A stretch of DNA of 64,000 nt from Lama guanicoe (Eukaryota): positions 6,900,399-6,964,398 of the forward strand of contig MU053934.1 of assembly GCA_013239625.1 (NCBI GenBank), written 5' to 3'. The notes beneath the pieces were generated by a model, which was not told the origin of the DNA, made no database searches, and saw only the letters and a list, made by a program, of their open reading frames with translations. Made by a program: the position numbers and the translations under genes. Positions 1 to 14,590 of this stretch are shown here, piece by piece (position 1 is the stretch's first letter; every line of letters begins with the position of its first letter).

Positions 1-593
1 GCAATTATCAAGGGCTTTACATGAATTCATTAATTTTCAACAACCCATGAGGTTATTATCCCATTTTATAGATGCAGACATTGAGGCACAGAGAGGATAA
101 AAGTAACTTGTCCCAACCACACAGGTTATCAGTGTCAGAACTAGGATTTTTTAAGATCAAAATTACATTTACTTCTGTAAGTAAACAGTATACATTTTTA
201 AAATTCTAGATGCTTTAAAAGAATAAGAAACATTTTAAAAAAACAGTGTGATTAAATTATTATAGTTGGCACCAAGGTTTAAACCCAAGCAGCAGGGCAC
301 AGCATTTGGGTAAAAATCAGTCCACTCCATACATTTTTACGAGGTTAGTCCTAGGAGAGGGATATTAGCTCAGAATTCAAAAAAAAAAAAAAAGAAAACT
401 CAAGCTCAGATTGATTATTATATCATTTCTTTATATGCTGCATTAGTCATTTTTGAAAAAGCAATTTCCATCTAATATTTGTTTTCTTAAAAATAGCTTG
501 GGTTTCTAAACCCTCCACTATGTTGTACTCAAATGTCCATCAATAGGGAACATCACCGTGAAAAGGACAGAGGCAGCTCTGCATGGCTGAACG

Positions 594-1249
594 TGACAAA
601 GACTGTGTCCTTCACCAAACTCTAGTCAGGCTCCTCTGAGCCCTCTTCTCCACTAGACCTCAACGTTGATCTATAAGAATTGCAGCTTTTAGCACAATCG
701 GTTTCAGCCACCACTATCCCCCTGCCACGCACGGGCACGTGCGCGCGCACACACGCACACACACAGAGACTTGAACAAACATTAGCATGGTTTCTAGCAG
801 CTCAAGGCTGTCCCTAGGATGAGGACCCTAGTCCCCTTAAAGTGCCTGAGAAGACTCAGGCTGCCAAGAGAATGCACCATTTGCTCCAGCCAGCATGTGA
901 ACTTTCTCTTAGAGCAGTTATGTTAGAAAGTTCACAATTGTAAGTTCTTTCTGTGTCCCTTTGAGACACACCCAGGAGTATCATTCTCAGAGACCTGAAG
1001 GCCATTCCTTTGAAACAGCATCTTCAGGAGAGATAGGGCCCCTGTTCCCAGCCTCTGTGGGAGGGCAGGAGCCTAACTTCCATGACTTCCGGCTGGCTGG
1101 CCTGATGGCACTGACACTGACCCACCCTCTGACTTGCTCCCTCTCCCTGTTCACTCACCTGTGCACAAGTCAGAGTGGAGCTCAGCTCTTTCCTCGATGC
1201 AGTGGATACTGAATAAAATGTTTTCTAATGTCCAGCTTTATCTTTGACG
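594..1249 (+). mobile_element. Old ERV1-class solo LTR (MER31/MER67-like)
   Basis: Starts TGACAAAGAC...CCAAACTCTAGTCAGGCTCCTCTGAGCCC, has AATAAA at about 1212 and ends TCTTTGAC. Family recalled by eye. Confidence 0.55.
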
Positions 1250-4200
1250 TGTGATCACCAAGATACACTGTTAAGTGTAGTCTGCAAGGTGTGGGCTGGG
1301 AGGCCTGGGGCAGGTGGGCGGGACCATGCCTGGCCAGGTACCCTTCCATGCCTGCCAGTTGTAGAGGACACATGCTTGGCCATGATTTTCAAAGTCAAGG
1401 CATAAATACCAGAATAATTTTAGGTAACATTCATTGAATGCCCGGCATGATTCTCCCCACTTTGTGTGATTAACTCATCCTATCCTCATGGCCCCTGCAG
1501 AGTGTTACTTTTATTGGACCCATTTTACAGACAAGAACCAGAGACACAGAAAGGTAGAGTAGCTGGCTCAAGATCATGGAGCTAGTGAGTGACGTGCACA
1601 AAGGTTTTCTCACGTGCTTCTCATTTAAGATTCCCATAGTTTATCTTTCTACCAAAAGAGAGGAAAACAAAAACCCAAATTCATGGAAACTGGATATACT
1701 TGGCATTTAAATAAACATGTTGTCTTTTCTCATAATTAGGTTTATCTTTAATTATGAAATTTCCTAATTAGCAGAAGTAAAGTACTCATAAAACCAACTC
1801 ACCCCAGCCACCAAAAGAAACTAACATTTATGTTATAGACATGAGACTTCTTGCCTTTGCAAAATTTAAAATCTTGCAGTCCTCACCCTCTGTTCTTATG
1901 AGGAACATATATTTCAAAGCACTACTGATTACTCATTTCAAAGTGTACGTAATAAAACACAAAAAGCCTGGAAGATACCAAGACTAAATACACAAACTTT
2001 CCCAAGAAGGAGGCTTGCATCTGGAGTCTGGTGGCCACAGAGGCAGCAGATTTCTTCCCAGCTGTGCAGGTGTACAGTTCCACCTTTACAAGCAATCAGA
2101 CACAACTTCTTTCAGAACATTCTATGGAACAAGCAAGCTGGTGTCCCTCATTTCATGTTTCACCTTTGTACTTAATGGTCCTAATTAATTCAAGGATATT
2201 TAAAAATAAGTTCTATCGCTCATGGACACTTTTTTAATGGAAGTATTTATTTATTCATCTATATTAAAGTAAATAGTCAGTTTACAATGTTGTGTTAATT
2301 TCTGTCTCATGGACATTTCTATTTTGACTATTTATTTTAGGAGTCCAGCTAAGCTGTCACTGAGCACATACTCTATCAAAACTGCACTAAATATTGTAAA
2401 TATTATAAAATTATTTTATATGAAAATAAATAAATAAATTTAATTATTTTCTTTAATCTTACAATAAGTTTTAAGCACTTAACTGAATTTAAAAAATTCT
2501 TGTACACTATAAATCAATAATGCCAAAATATAAATATTCAAATGAAATGTATGCAGCTTACAATAAGAACTTGACATATTCTTAAACTTAAAATACATCA
2601 CACCAAGAAGCTTAAGAAGCAGTTAAAATGCAACCTTTGAACATTTTATATCAGTTTTCTCCCATGTAGTAAAACAGGAACATTTTGACTGTGTAGATAA
2701 ATTGCATTTTCAATAGGCTAAAGTGGCAGTAAGAAGTTTTCTATCTATAGTCTCTTTTCTCATTGAATAATTTTGAAAGCTATTTTTAGCTACCGTTATC
2801 TGGTGCAGGCCTCTGAGCCAGGCACCCTACTGGTATTATCTCATGGATTAAATGATTCAATACACAAAGTTCTAAGACCCGTGTTGGGCATAGAAAGTGC
2901 TCAATAAATGTTAGCCATTATGATCGCACTTAATCTCCACATGCCTCATCATTCCTGATGAGGGAAGGACTATTCTGCCCCACCATAAATCAGGACATGG
3001 TGCTCGGTCCAGAGTGACCCAGCTAGTACGTGGCAGAGCCCAGCTGAGGTCCGGTTTGTCCCTTATTGCTGCCACTTCTCACTTCATACTTGACGTCAGA
3101 ACATTCTTGGGCGGGATTTGGTGGCTTTCAAAAAACTACAGTTCAGATACACGACATAATGTAGAGTCCATGTGGACTGGAGACGACTGACTCAATCCCT
3201 ATGGGAATTGGAGGAAATCCGTGGAAGAGGGACCCCACGGTACAGAGACTGCCAGAAAACCAAATGAGAACTGATCCTGCCCTGCACACAGCTTCTGAGA
3301 GGGCACTGCCTTCGACACACGTTTGCTGGGAACCAGCTCTGTACCAGGCTCAGGACTGAAGCTGCGGCACTGACTGCCCCAGGGAGCAAATAGACTGGGG
3401 CCAAAGCAGACCAGAGACAAAGAGAAAATAGCTGCAAACTGAGATAGGTGATGAAAACAACCAGGGCGCTGAGTTAGGGACAGGGTTACAGCTTCAGATG
3501 TTCAGGAAGCAGTTTCTTATGCTTTTTCTATTTTCCTATCTAAATGTTTTGTCATCAAATACTATGGGCAAGAGAAACTGTTCTTCTTTCCTATCCACCT
3601 GGCACTTCCATAACGGTAAACTGGATGGATTTGCTTTCTTTTTTGACTGCATAGGACAAAATTTTACCCTTGGGTGACAAGCACCAGCGTATCAAGAAAG
3701 TTTCTTATGTGCCTTGACAATGAAACATCTAGAATAAGGTAGGAGAGGGGGAGGTGGCATTTGCTGGGTTAAATACTTTGACTTTTTTTTTTTTCATGTT
3801 TGCTTCCAGGATTCCCCAACTGCAAGACTTTCTAGGGTAAAGGGTAGATGTCCAGACGTTCTTCTTTGGTGCTGTCTCAACCGATAGCAATTGATTAGAG
3901 GCAAAGGGAAGTGCAAAGCGCTCAAGGAAAATTTAAGACACTGAGTAGGTAGGTGTGTGTTCCCCCATGAATCAGTAGTAAACTAAAAACCCACCAGGGT
4001 GAGCCAAACAGATGAAAGGGCATGATGTGTGTGTGTGTGTTTTATAAGCGTTAGTTACTCTCCAACTACGTACCTAAAGCATAAAGCTAAGACTTCTTTG
4101 GGTAAAGCCAACAGTATTTGCCTCACTGTCCTAGTAAAATCCTAAGTTAGGAAGTAAAGTTTTATTTCAACTGAAGATGTTGAGCTGAAAACAGTTTTGG

Positions 4201-5389
4201 GACACAGCTATATAAACAATATCCAATCTATTTTCCGGTTGAAGATGGGGGTTAGAGTAGTGGGTGGTGGGAGTAGTTGGGGTGAATATTTTCACATATA
4301 CTTGGTCTAAAACTTAGGACTGTGAATGCCTCAGATATAGGCTGGTCTCCTACTGTATCCAAGGATGTGAAGACAGTTGCTCTGTATAAAGACAGCATTT
4401 GGGATGCTTAAGTTACATATTCTTTATCAGCATTATTATCATAATAATTATTATATATTATTGTATTCTCAGTTTCATGTTTGAAGATGGATGAAAAAAG
4501 CTAAATAGAGAGAGAAGAGACAGAAAATACATCATATGAAGATAGGCTAAAGATTTTTATTATTTAACCTAGAGGAAAGGTTGAAACAGATTTAATTCAT
4601 AATTGTCTTCAATTATTTGAAAATTTATCATGTAGAAGTTGATGACAAATTGTCTTCCATTTCCAAAAGCAACAAGCAATGGTGTTCTAGAAGTGTAACA
4701 GAAAGGGTTTAAGTGAGAATTTAAGACTAAACATTATGAGACCAAAGAAGAAAGTAAAATATATTTCTTTCTAGCCCTGTATCGATCAACCAATAAGTAT
4801 CTTCTCCTAAATGATGTGAATAAAGTGGGTCTTATCCCTAAATGGATTACATTCAGAAGTCCCTTTCCATCCAACATTACTTTGATAAACTTTACTCTAT
4901 CAACAGTTCATCCAAACTGGAAATAATTCTAAAATAGTCAGAGATCCTAGGATGATCCTGGTGCCATCAATTCAGCCTAAAACAAACTGACCATCCTTAC
5001 AATTCCTGCCTGGTGAATCAAAAGTATCTCCAACACGGGTCCTGAGTTGACCCCGGAAGGTCTTCCCCGCAGTGTAAGAAGCAGAGGTTCAAAGAATCAA
5101 ACCACAAACGAACCAACAATTTGTAAAAGCAAACAAAAACACTATTCTGTTTTCTGTACATACCTGAAGCCCTATTCCAAAGTGCCAAACCTAACTTTTC
5201 AGTGACTATTCAACAAAAAGCTCAAGGCTGAAGAGGTTCTTTGAAATCTTTGACCCCGAAGCGGTCGTTGAACCAGAAACGCTTAGAGAATCCCACCGAA
5301 GTGTACGTGTATGCCTCTCCATTTTCTCACACAGCGAGGGAAAAAGGCCCTTCTTCCTCGTTCTCTTTAAATTACGGCTAAAACAGCAG

Positions 5390-6500
5390 CAGCCGAAGTG
5401 CGAACCGGCGGCGGACCTTGGGAGGAAGCCCCTGGACGCTCCGGGACGGCGGGCAGGCGCTGCAACAAGGCGGGGCGCCGGCAGGGGGCGCGCCAGGGCT
5501 TCCTGGGGGCGGACCGGAGCTCGAGGAGCTCGCCGGCTGCGGGCTGGGGGTCCCGCCGCCGCGCGGCTGATCTCCGCGTCTTCCCGCTTCCCGCTCCCGT
5601 TCACACTAAACACCGCAGCGCCCACCTGCGCCCTCTCACCCGGCGGCTGCTTGCGCGGCCCGAGTCGCTCTAGAGGCGCCGAATTCGGGGTCTGCAGACG
5701 GCGGGTCTTCCCCGAACTCAACACCCAGGTAAGGATAAAAAGCTCCGACAGACGCCGGCCCCGGCCTTCCCTTGGTCTTGCCGCCCCACTGCCCTCAATT
5801 CAGGAAGCTCTCTCTTTGGCCAAAAAAGAGTCGCACAAGTCGCGGCCAAGATGGAGACGCGCCCCGCCCCCGAAGGGGCTGTAGAAGGAGGGAGAGCGGG
5901 ACTGGGGGACGCGTTGAGAAGCCCCGCACACACACTCGGTCTCTGTCTCCCCCCGCTCCCTCTCCCCCACGCCGGCCCCAGCCCCGAGCGGATTCTCGGT
6001 CCCCCGCGCGCCGGGCTCCCCTCCCCGCCGTAACCGCAGGCACCCCGCCTGCCCCGCACCCCTTGCGCACCTGGGAGCAAATTCGCGCCTGGAAACCATC
6101 CAACGGGCGGGAGGCGGCTGGTGGTGGGCGGTGGAAGAATCAAATTGAATCGAACCTCAGTCTGTGGACAACATTTCCGCACCCGGCGGTCCCGGGCCGC
6201 GGGATTGGTTAACATACTCCCTTGTTTCTTCAGTTGCGACACGAGGGGCTTGGATGAAAATTATTTCTGGAGCCCATTTGAGGGCCTCGAGCGTCTATGC
6301 CGCCTTCGGTCTGGAGACTTTTCCAGATTCTAAATGGGGACTGAGCTGCTGTCTCACCGGAGGAAATTCCTTGAGACCGCGAACGGGAGCGAAGGGGAAG
6401 CACAGTGGTAAAAACGCACGTGGTGGGAGTTAATGCGCATGTGCGGCGCATACCACAGGGATCAGAGATAGGACCGGGTCCCCGGCACTGTGATGGCGAG
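5390..6500. promoter_or_regulatory. CpG island / promoter of an unidentified gene
   Basis: Very CpG-rich. E2F-like TTCGCGCC at 6082, ATTGG (CCAAT) at 6204, NRF1-like TGCGCATGTGCG at 6434, GC boxes. Candidate splice donors on - (after 5640 and 5164) and on + (5729, CAG|GTAAGG). Confidence 0.75.
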
Positions 6501-6829
6501 GCTGAGTGGGGCACCTCACATCTCCGCCCCAGGCCAGTGAGGGGAACCTGATGGGCTTTGTGAAGGAGATTCAGAAGAGGGACGACGTGCAAAGGCCAGA
6601 CTTTAACCTCCCTCGCCAACTTGCCTCGTGCCTGCCCTGCTATGTTGGAGGCCAAAATGATTACCACCCCAACCTCCTGAAAACCACGTTTTCTGTAGAA
6701 AACATTAATTTAGGGAGGTCCAGCTCTAGGGCCAGCAAGGAAGCGGAGATGCTTATTGGGAGGAACTGCTGCATTGTCATAGCAACCATCAGTTGTTATG
6801 CCAACAGTCCCTTTGAACTGTAAGCCTTT

Positions 6830-7260
6830 TGTCTTAGGCTGGGTGCCTGGGAAAACAGAGCTGGAGTCTCTTATTTGTGCCTGCAGAAAGCTTATTGAGC
6901 AGAGCTTCTCAGGAACCAGCCTTTGAGCAAATCAGAGAAGCTGCACTGGGCAGAAGTCGAACTTGGATGCAGCTAGAACTCTTATCCAATTCCAGAGGGA
7001 GCTCAGGAACAGGGATGGTCCTTCAGAGTTGTTCTGAATCAAGGTAGGGGGTGCCGGCCCTTTGTACCCCTGCATGGACTGGTCGTTGATGGTGGACTGC
7101 CCTGGGGAGGTCATATCCTTGAGTATGGCTGGTCCCTTCAGTAAAGGGCAAGTCTCGGGGAAGAACTCAGCTGTGAGCTGTCACTGCCAACATTCACCAG
7201 TGGCTGGAGGAATGGCACCTCAGACCTACGAGGATCCTGAGTGGCACACCACAGCACTCA
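6830..7260. mobile_element. MLT1-type (MaLR) LTR fragment
   Basis: TGTCTTAGGCTGGG...GGGATGGTCCTTCAGAGTTGT...GAGTGGCACACCACAGCA resembles MLT1 consensus segments. Confidence 0.45.
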
Positions 7261-8512
7261 CTCCATTCCTTGAGGGCACCCTGTTTCATTCGCCTTTGCT
7301 CTCTGCACATCTGATTTTTTTTTTCTGCCACTTAGGTTGCAGGGGTAGATAATGGTCATTCAGCTCCTAATTTAAAAATGTATATGTGTTCCATTCTGAA
7401 GACAAGCCCATAGTAAGGCTGGAATATCAAACCCAATTCCAAATTTTCAGGGCAGAAACCTTGGCCCAACTTGGATCAGGTCCCCACCCCAGTAATTGGT
7501 TATGGCCTAGGGACAGAGTCCAGGATATGAACTTGGCTGCCCAGGACCCACCCTGGTGACTATATGGATGGGAGGGGGACAGATCTCCCTAAAGGAGAAC
7601 TATTGCGAGTTAGGCACACCTCCAAAGGTAACCACTGCAATGAGCAGGAGCTTCTAGACTGAAGTAATAACATATGCCAAGGCATGGGAGAGTGAAAAGA
7701 ATGACATTTCAGAGATTTCATGCATTTATTCATTTGACAAACATTTACTGAGCACCTGCTATGTACCAGATGTAGTTTCAGGCTAGAAATACAACTGTGA
7801 AGAAACTGGAAACTGACAACAGAGATGTTAAACAGCCGTCCCCAGAGCATTTCCCAGTGGTACTGAATGTAGTACCATAATAATTCCCTGAGAAGACATT
7901 TTGGTGAGAAGTTGAGTAAATAAAGTAGCGTAGGCCGAGTTGACCCTTATCACAATCACTGAGCAAAAAGAAAGGAAAAACCCCACTTCTTCTTACATGG
8001 CAGGAGTTGCTGGGCTCTAGTCTGTGTTGCTCCAGTTGCTTAACAAACCATGAACTCAACCCATTTTACTGTGGAGACCCTGAGGGGCAGGATGCAAGAT
8101 TCAGGCTAAGGATATACGTACCCTGAACCTGACTGGGGGGTGCTAACACATGAGAACTATGAGAAGCCTCTGAGAACATACACCGCTTCATTTTACAGTG
8201 GGAAAATGTGTCCCACACATGACTTGGAGTCAGAAGAACTCAATGCAGTTGGACTCCCTGTTCTGTGCTCTTCTCATGACTCAGGGAAGATCTGGGTCCT
8301 GGGCTCATCTGTCTGACTCTGGCAATAATTACACTGACAAATTGTCAGCCCTCCACACTCCTGTCCCTCTCCCCAAGCCCTCCCCTGGAGCTTGAGGATA
8401 ATGATAGTGGCTAATATAGAATGCTGATAGAAGAAAGAATCAAAGAACCTGAAGACAGATCAATAAAAAATTATCCAATCTGAAAAACAGAAAAAAAGAC
8501 TGAACAATATAT

Positions 8513-9010
8513 ATGCATTAGTTTTCTATCATTGCTGAAACAAACTTAGTGGCTTAAAACCACAAATGTATTATCTCACAGTTCTGTAGGTCAGAAACCT
8601 GACAGATCTTACTGAGCTAAAAAATCAATGTGTCCACAGAGCTGTGTTTCTTTCTGGAGGCCCTAGAGAATGCACTTCTCAGCCTTTCCAGCTTCTAAAA
8701 GCTGCCCATGTTCCTTGGCTCATGACCCATTCCTTCATCTTCTAAGCCAGCAACACTGCCCATCTCTGTGCCTTTCTACTGTAATCACATGTTCCTCTCT
8801 GACTTTTCACTTCTGCCTCCCTCTTCTGCTTTTAAGGACCTTGATGGTTACCTTGAGCCCACTTGGATAATCCACATTAATCTCCCCATCTCAAGGTCCT
8901 CATATTAATCACATCTGCAAGGTCTCTTTTGCCATGTAAAGTAAGACATTCATAGGTTCCAGGTATTAGGATGTGAATATCTTTGGGAGACTGTTTTTCT
9001 GCCTACTCCA
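8513..9010. mobile_element. MLT1-type (MaLR) LTR
   Basis: AAACTTAGTGGCTTAAAA...TCTCACAGTTCTGTAGGTCAGAA...ATCACATCTGCAAGGTCTCTTTTGCCATGTAA is typical of MLT1. Confidence 0.7.
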
Positions 9011-11639
9011 ATGTACTTTATAGTTTTCTTCTTTTTGAACATCTTATGAAGTATATTACCCTGTCATCCCCTTCTCTTTTGTGTCTTGCTCCTTTCACTC
9101 ACCATTATGTTTGTAACATTCATCTATGGTAATATGCATAGCACTCACTCTTTTTCTGTCATTGCTGTATTGTAGTCCATCAGATTCATATACCACACTT
9201 TTTTTATTCATCTTTGTTTTTGGACATTTAGATCATTCAGCTCTTGGCCTTGACAAGCAATACTATTTGCATATATATCTTGATGCATGTGTGCACCAGT
9301 TTCTCTGGATGTTATACCTTAAAGTGAAACCGTTGGGTCAGAGAGTATCAATCTTCAACTTTACTAGTTGAAGCCAAACTGTTTTTCGAAATGCCTCAAT
9401 TCACACCCCCCACCAACAATTTCAGTTGCTCCACAACCTACCCAGTACTTGGTGTAATCAGACTTTTAAACTTTTGCCAAGCTGGTGGGTATGTAATCGT
9501 ATCAACCAGTGTCTAGTTAAGTAAACAGAAAAACTCTATGTATTTCAACAGAGGGACTTTAATAAGGGAATTTGTTTACAAAAATGTTGATACAGAAGGA
9601 AGGGCAAACTAAGAAAGATTGCAAGATTAGTAATTGCCAGAAGCTGTCACAGCGCCTGGGGCTGACACAACAAAAGAGCAGTAGATCGACACGTCCTCCA
9701 ACGCTGGCTGCTGAGCTGGTGGAGGTGCACTTGACATTCTATAGGAACACAAAAGGGGCTCCTCTCTTGGCGCTGTTCCTACAATTCTGGAGGGACATTC
9801 ACTATTTCTAGTACATTTACTGTGGCTTCTGAGAGTACCTCTTTGTAGCCCATGGCTCAGTACCAGTACACACCCAGTCACCCTGGTCAGAACCCTTGGA
9901 GTTGCCTGATGCCCTCTTCCAGACTCCTCCCCACTCCTCAGCCACCCAAACCCTGTCTGTCCTACCTCCTGAATCTCTCTAATCTGCTCTCTTCTCCCTC
10001 CTGTCATCACAGACTGCCCAACGTCAGGGACACCTGACACGTCTCTCTACTCCAGCTCCCCGCACACAAGTCTTGCACAAACCACTTGTTTGGGAAATGC
10101 TTCTTTAATGAATCTGACAACAGAAGCCTTGGGGACAGATGAACCGTATGATCCCCTCCAGTTAGACATTCTAAGATAATGAGAGAAAGTGGCTTCCCCT
10201 TCTAACCCAAGGCAACTGGAGGACAGCAGTGGCCACGCTGACCATGAGGCTGTACCAGTTGTTGAACTACTGAGATGTTCTCACACCTGATGGGGAGAAG
10301 CCTCTTCGAGCGCCTCCCAGGGATTCCCTGCGGGCCTCCCCAGCAACAAGGGGTTAAGGTGGACCCCAGCCTGAAGTGGCTGCACACCTTGACTATCACA
10401 TGGAAGGGTGAGTTTGGGAGGAGAGTAAGTTTCACTGAATCAGGATCTGTCGGTTTGGGTGAACTCTATTTTGTGACTTTTAAGGTCTAATTGCAATGAA
10501 GTGAAACCCCAGAGCTTCTGGGCAAAAGAACTGAAAATGAAGCTGTGGATATTCTCAGGAAGGGCCCCCTATTCAGCCCCTCCAAGAAGGGGCTTGGACT
10601 GTGGAGAAGAAAAGAGCAGAGTCATCTTCCTCCCCCACATCAGTTACCTTAGGGCTCTAAGGAAACAGATCAGGCCCCTCCCCCAAGCAGGAAGGGGAGG
10701 GGAGGAGGGAACGGCCAGGATGCTTAAGCCACTGTGCTTCAGGCCAGTAGGACCAGGCAGGCTGGCAGCCAGCTCAGCCTGATGACAGCGGAGCACAGAC
10801 AGCTCTTAAGACTATGCCTGGTGGGGCGCCAGAGTGCGTACCCAGCCCTGGGCTGGAGTGTCAACAAAGGGTTTTAATAGCTCCAGAGTTTGCCAAGCTG
10901 CCCTGGCCTATGTCACTTACTCTGAAGCTACATGCCCAGGCTGGGCACACCACAGGGACCCAGAATTTCTGTCCATCCCCACATCTGTACCCTCAGCTGG
11001 TGAGACCCCCGGCTCACCAGCCCCTCAGTCTACCAGGCTGGGCTGAAGCCCGCCACTTCAGTTGGCTCTGGCTGTACCGTGTCCCCTGACTCACCACCAG
11101 CACTCCTGAATCCGTGCCCAAACCAAAGAGGATCTGCTGTCTCGAAGCCTCAGGAGCATGTGGCCACTCACTCTGGCCCTCCGTGCAGAACCTAGTCTGC
11201 GGTGGGTGGAGGGCAGGGACTGTCCTGAGGCTGAGCCATAGCAGGTCACCCTCTGTCAGGACCCCTGTGACCCTGGTGTGATCCAGGGTGTGTATTTGTG
11301 TAGAGTGGGTACCTCTCTAACAGTTTTCTCTAACAGTGTGAAACTAACTGACCCACAAGGGATTGAAAATGAAATCTCATCAATGTCTCACACAGAGACG
11401 GACCTCTAAAACTGGAGACCAGGGGCCTCAAAACATTTTAAAGAGCCCTCGTGGGCACTCTAAGGAACTAAAAAGAAAAATAGTTTTTGAGGTTCACTGG
11501 CTTTCCCCAGGTTGTGTATCATTATGTATTCTTTCATTTATTAATTCATTAAAAATTCTTTTCCAAGCACCTTTCATATGCTATAGCTGTTCTAGTAACC
11601 TATTGCTGTATAACCATCTACCCCAAAACTTAATGACAG

Positions 11640-12560
11640 TGGCTTTTCTGGGGACTAAAATCTAGAAGTGAAATCAGAAAATATTTACTGATTGGACTAC
11701 ATAAATTTTTTTTTAAAAACTTCGGTGTGGCAATAAATAAATTCAAAAGTCAAATGACAAGCATTTGGGAAAAAATATGCAACTCAAATCACAGAGAAAG
11801 AACTAATCTCTCTAACAATTAAAAGTTCTAAGAAATCAGGGAAAAAAATAAAGCAAGGACATTTGAAAAACACAGATGGCCCTTAGGTTCATAAAAAGAT
11901 CAAGCCCACTTAATCCAAAAAGAGAAATTCTAATTATAATTACCCTACAATGCAGTTTCTCATCTATCAGACTGACACAGATTCAAAAGCTGAATACTGG
12001 CCTTCTCTTTCAAGGCCACCAGAGAGTAGGCAGGCTTGTCCAGCACAAATGGGGTGCAGAATGGGACAGTCTGGCGATGTGGAAACATCCAGCAACATTA
12101 CCAAAATGTTCAGCCTTTGTGCCAGCTCGCCCTCCTCTGGGAGTCTGTCTTACAGTGATCCCTGACCATGGTGTATGTTGAAGCATTGTTGTAAAGCAAA
12201 AAATGGGACACAGCACAATTCTCCCTGTATAGAGGGACAGATAAAAGTGCAGCTTATTCACACCGTAGAAGACCACACAAGTATAAAAAAGCAAGAGGAA
12301 ATGTGTTTTTAATGAATATGGGTAAAGCTTAGGAACCTATTGCTAAGGCACCAAATGACGAGTATAGCAAGCTACTTCTGGTGTCAGAAAAGTGGAAAGA
12401 TTTGCCCATATGTACGTTAAAAAAAAAACTGACGAATACTAAGAAATTAATAGAAGTTTCCTGAAGTGAGTGGTGAGAGTGGGTTGGCCAGGGATGCAGT
12501 GAAAATGAGATACCCCACTGCACACCTTCTTATGTCTGTGTCTTCTTGGAACCATATGAC
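11640..12560 (+). mobile_element. Degenerate old L1 (L1M) 3' fragment
   Basis: A-rich L1 ORF2-end/3' UTR-like motifs (GACTACATAAA, ATATGCAACTCAAATCACAGAGAAAGAACTAAT). Confidence 0.5.
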
Positions 12561-14127
12561 TGTATTACCTCTTCCAAAAAAAATGAAATACACGTAACTC
12601 ATTAAGAAAGAAAACACATCATGTCAGATTATGTGGGACACAGCTTAAAATCATCTTTAGACATTTAAATCATTAAATACATTGATTAGAATACAAGAAA
12701 AAAATTTTAAGTTAAAGCAAGTTGGAACAGAACAAAACAGGCTTGTTAATGGCTGTACGACATTTCACAGTGCAACATACACACCAGTCCCACATGTATT
12801 TAATCAAATTAGATTATACATCAAGTGTTCTTGTGAGGGTTTGTTTTTTTTTTTAATGAAACTCTTTAAGTTTTGGTATAATTTTAACTTACAGAAGAAG
12901 TTGCAAAGGTAGGACAGAACTTCCCCGAGGCCCTTTGCCTTGTTTCCTGTGATGCTAGCATCTCACATAACCATGATACAAAGCTAGAAACTGACATTGG
13001 TACGTTACTATGAACTAAACTCCAGACTTTAGATTTTTCCAATTTTTCTAAGAATGTCCCTTTCCGGTTCCAGGATCCAATCCAGAATACCACACTGCAT
13101 TTAATGTTAGAGATTGCTTTTATTTCATAAACTTAACCAAGGGACTTTCCTTTTGCTGACGGAGGAGGAACTCCTGGGAATGTTTCTATCTCTCACTTGT
13201 TAATACCTTCCCACCTCTCTGGATGTGGGTACTATTTTAGTCTAGGGAATATAGCCAAGGTAGTAAGGACATAAGAATTTAAGAATCACCCTCTGACTTC
13301 CTCTGTTACATGGAGCTGCTTTTGTGAGCCCGGAGGGACAGACTAGGGGAGGAATGTTCTTTGCAATTCTCAGCTAATTCAATTGGCAGAAGTTGATTGA
13401 GCTTCTGCTGTGTGCAAGGTACTCTGGTAGCTGCTATGGGGGAAAACAGTTGAGGATGTGGGGGTGGGGTGACAGGTGAGCCTGAGGGACAGAGTTGGGA
13501 GCAGATATGGTCTGTGTTGTTGGGCTAGGGAAACTTGAGGTCAGATGTGCTAGAAGTCCCCAGTCAGAGGTCAGGTGCCAGGTGTAAATATGGCATCATC
13601 CATGAAGAAGAGGTGGCAGTGGTGCCCCAGGGCAGAGCAGGAAGCAGTCTTTTCACAGGGGCCATGCCCTCATTGCTTCTGTCACCTCAGGATCTGTGAC
13701 CCCCTGCATAACTTGTCAAGGAAGCCAGAGCATTTCTGGAACTAATGGACATCACTGTGCAGTACTCATCTAGAGATGGTCTGGTCAGCCCCAGCTCCCA
13801 GCCTCCCCAGACCCCCCACCCCAGTAAGGTCCAAACTCAGCCAGCTCCACACTCAGCCCCATCACTCACCCTTGTCCACATTTTCCAGCCACTGACAACT
13901 TTCCCTGCATTGTGACTCCCCCAGCACATCCTCCAACACACTGTCTTTAGGGCCTGGGTCTCTGGTCAGTACCCCCCCAGCCCCCCAGGGAGAATTCAGT
14001 GTACAGCTCTCTTTCCAGCCCTCAGTCTGCTGGATTCCGGTTCACCAGTTAGGGGCTCTGCTAGACTGTGACCCCCCTCAGGGACCACGTGGATTCACTC
14101 CTAGACCTTCCAACTAGCAAATGGTGG

Positions 14128-14590
14128 TGTGAATGAAATATGTTGCCTGCCATTTCAGTAAACAAAGGATGTTGTGGCCATCAAGCCATCAGCCACTGCA
14201 GCCACCCCTCCACCTGACCCCACTGGGCACCCTGAAGCGATTCGGGATGGGGAAGAGCAGGCTGTTGGCCTTAGACAATTAAGGTGTACATCAAAAGCGT
14301 GATTGCAGCAAGCATCAAAGGAATGATTGCAGTGACCATCTCCCGTAGAAAAGTGCTGAGTTCGTAAACTTGAGATACTGGTTTTCTTTAATTAATAGGA
14401 ATCTTTTGATGTTCCAACTGTCTGGTTTTTGTTGTAAAACTCCTATATATCCTGACTCCGTCTTTACCTCTTTGGAGCAGTCCCTCAGAGCTATCTGAGA
14501 GGCTGTCTTCCAGGCTTAAGTTCTCAGTTTTGTCTGCCAAACAAAACATACTTTTCAACTTTTAGGTTGTGCGTTTTTCTTCAGTGGATA
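14128..14590 (+). mobile_element. ERV solo LTR
   Basis: TGTGAATGAAA...TTCAGTGGATA flanked by a 4-bp GTGG target-site duplication (14124-14127 / 14591-14594). TATATA at about 14444. Confidence 0.65.

Noticed and set aside
5206..6242. Several long ORFs in the CpG island
   Set aside because: They are Arg/Pro/Gly-rich overlapping frames expected from high GC content, with no recognisable domain.
11090..11160. Possible NFAM1 first exon (ATG and donor on the minus strand)
   Set aside because: The translation (MLLRLRDSRSSLVWARIQEC) does not resemble the NFAM1 signal peptide.
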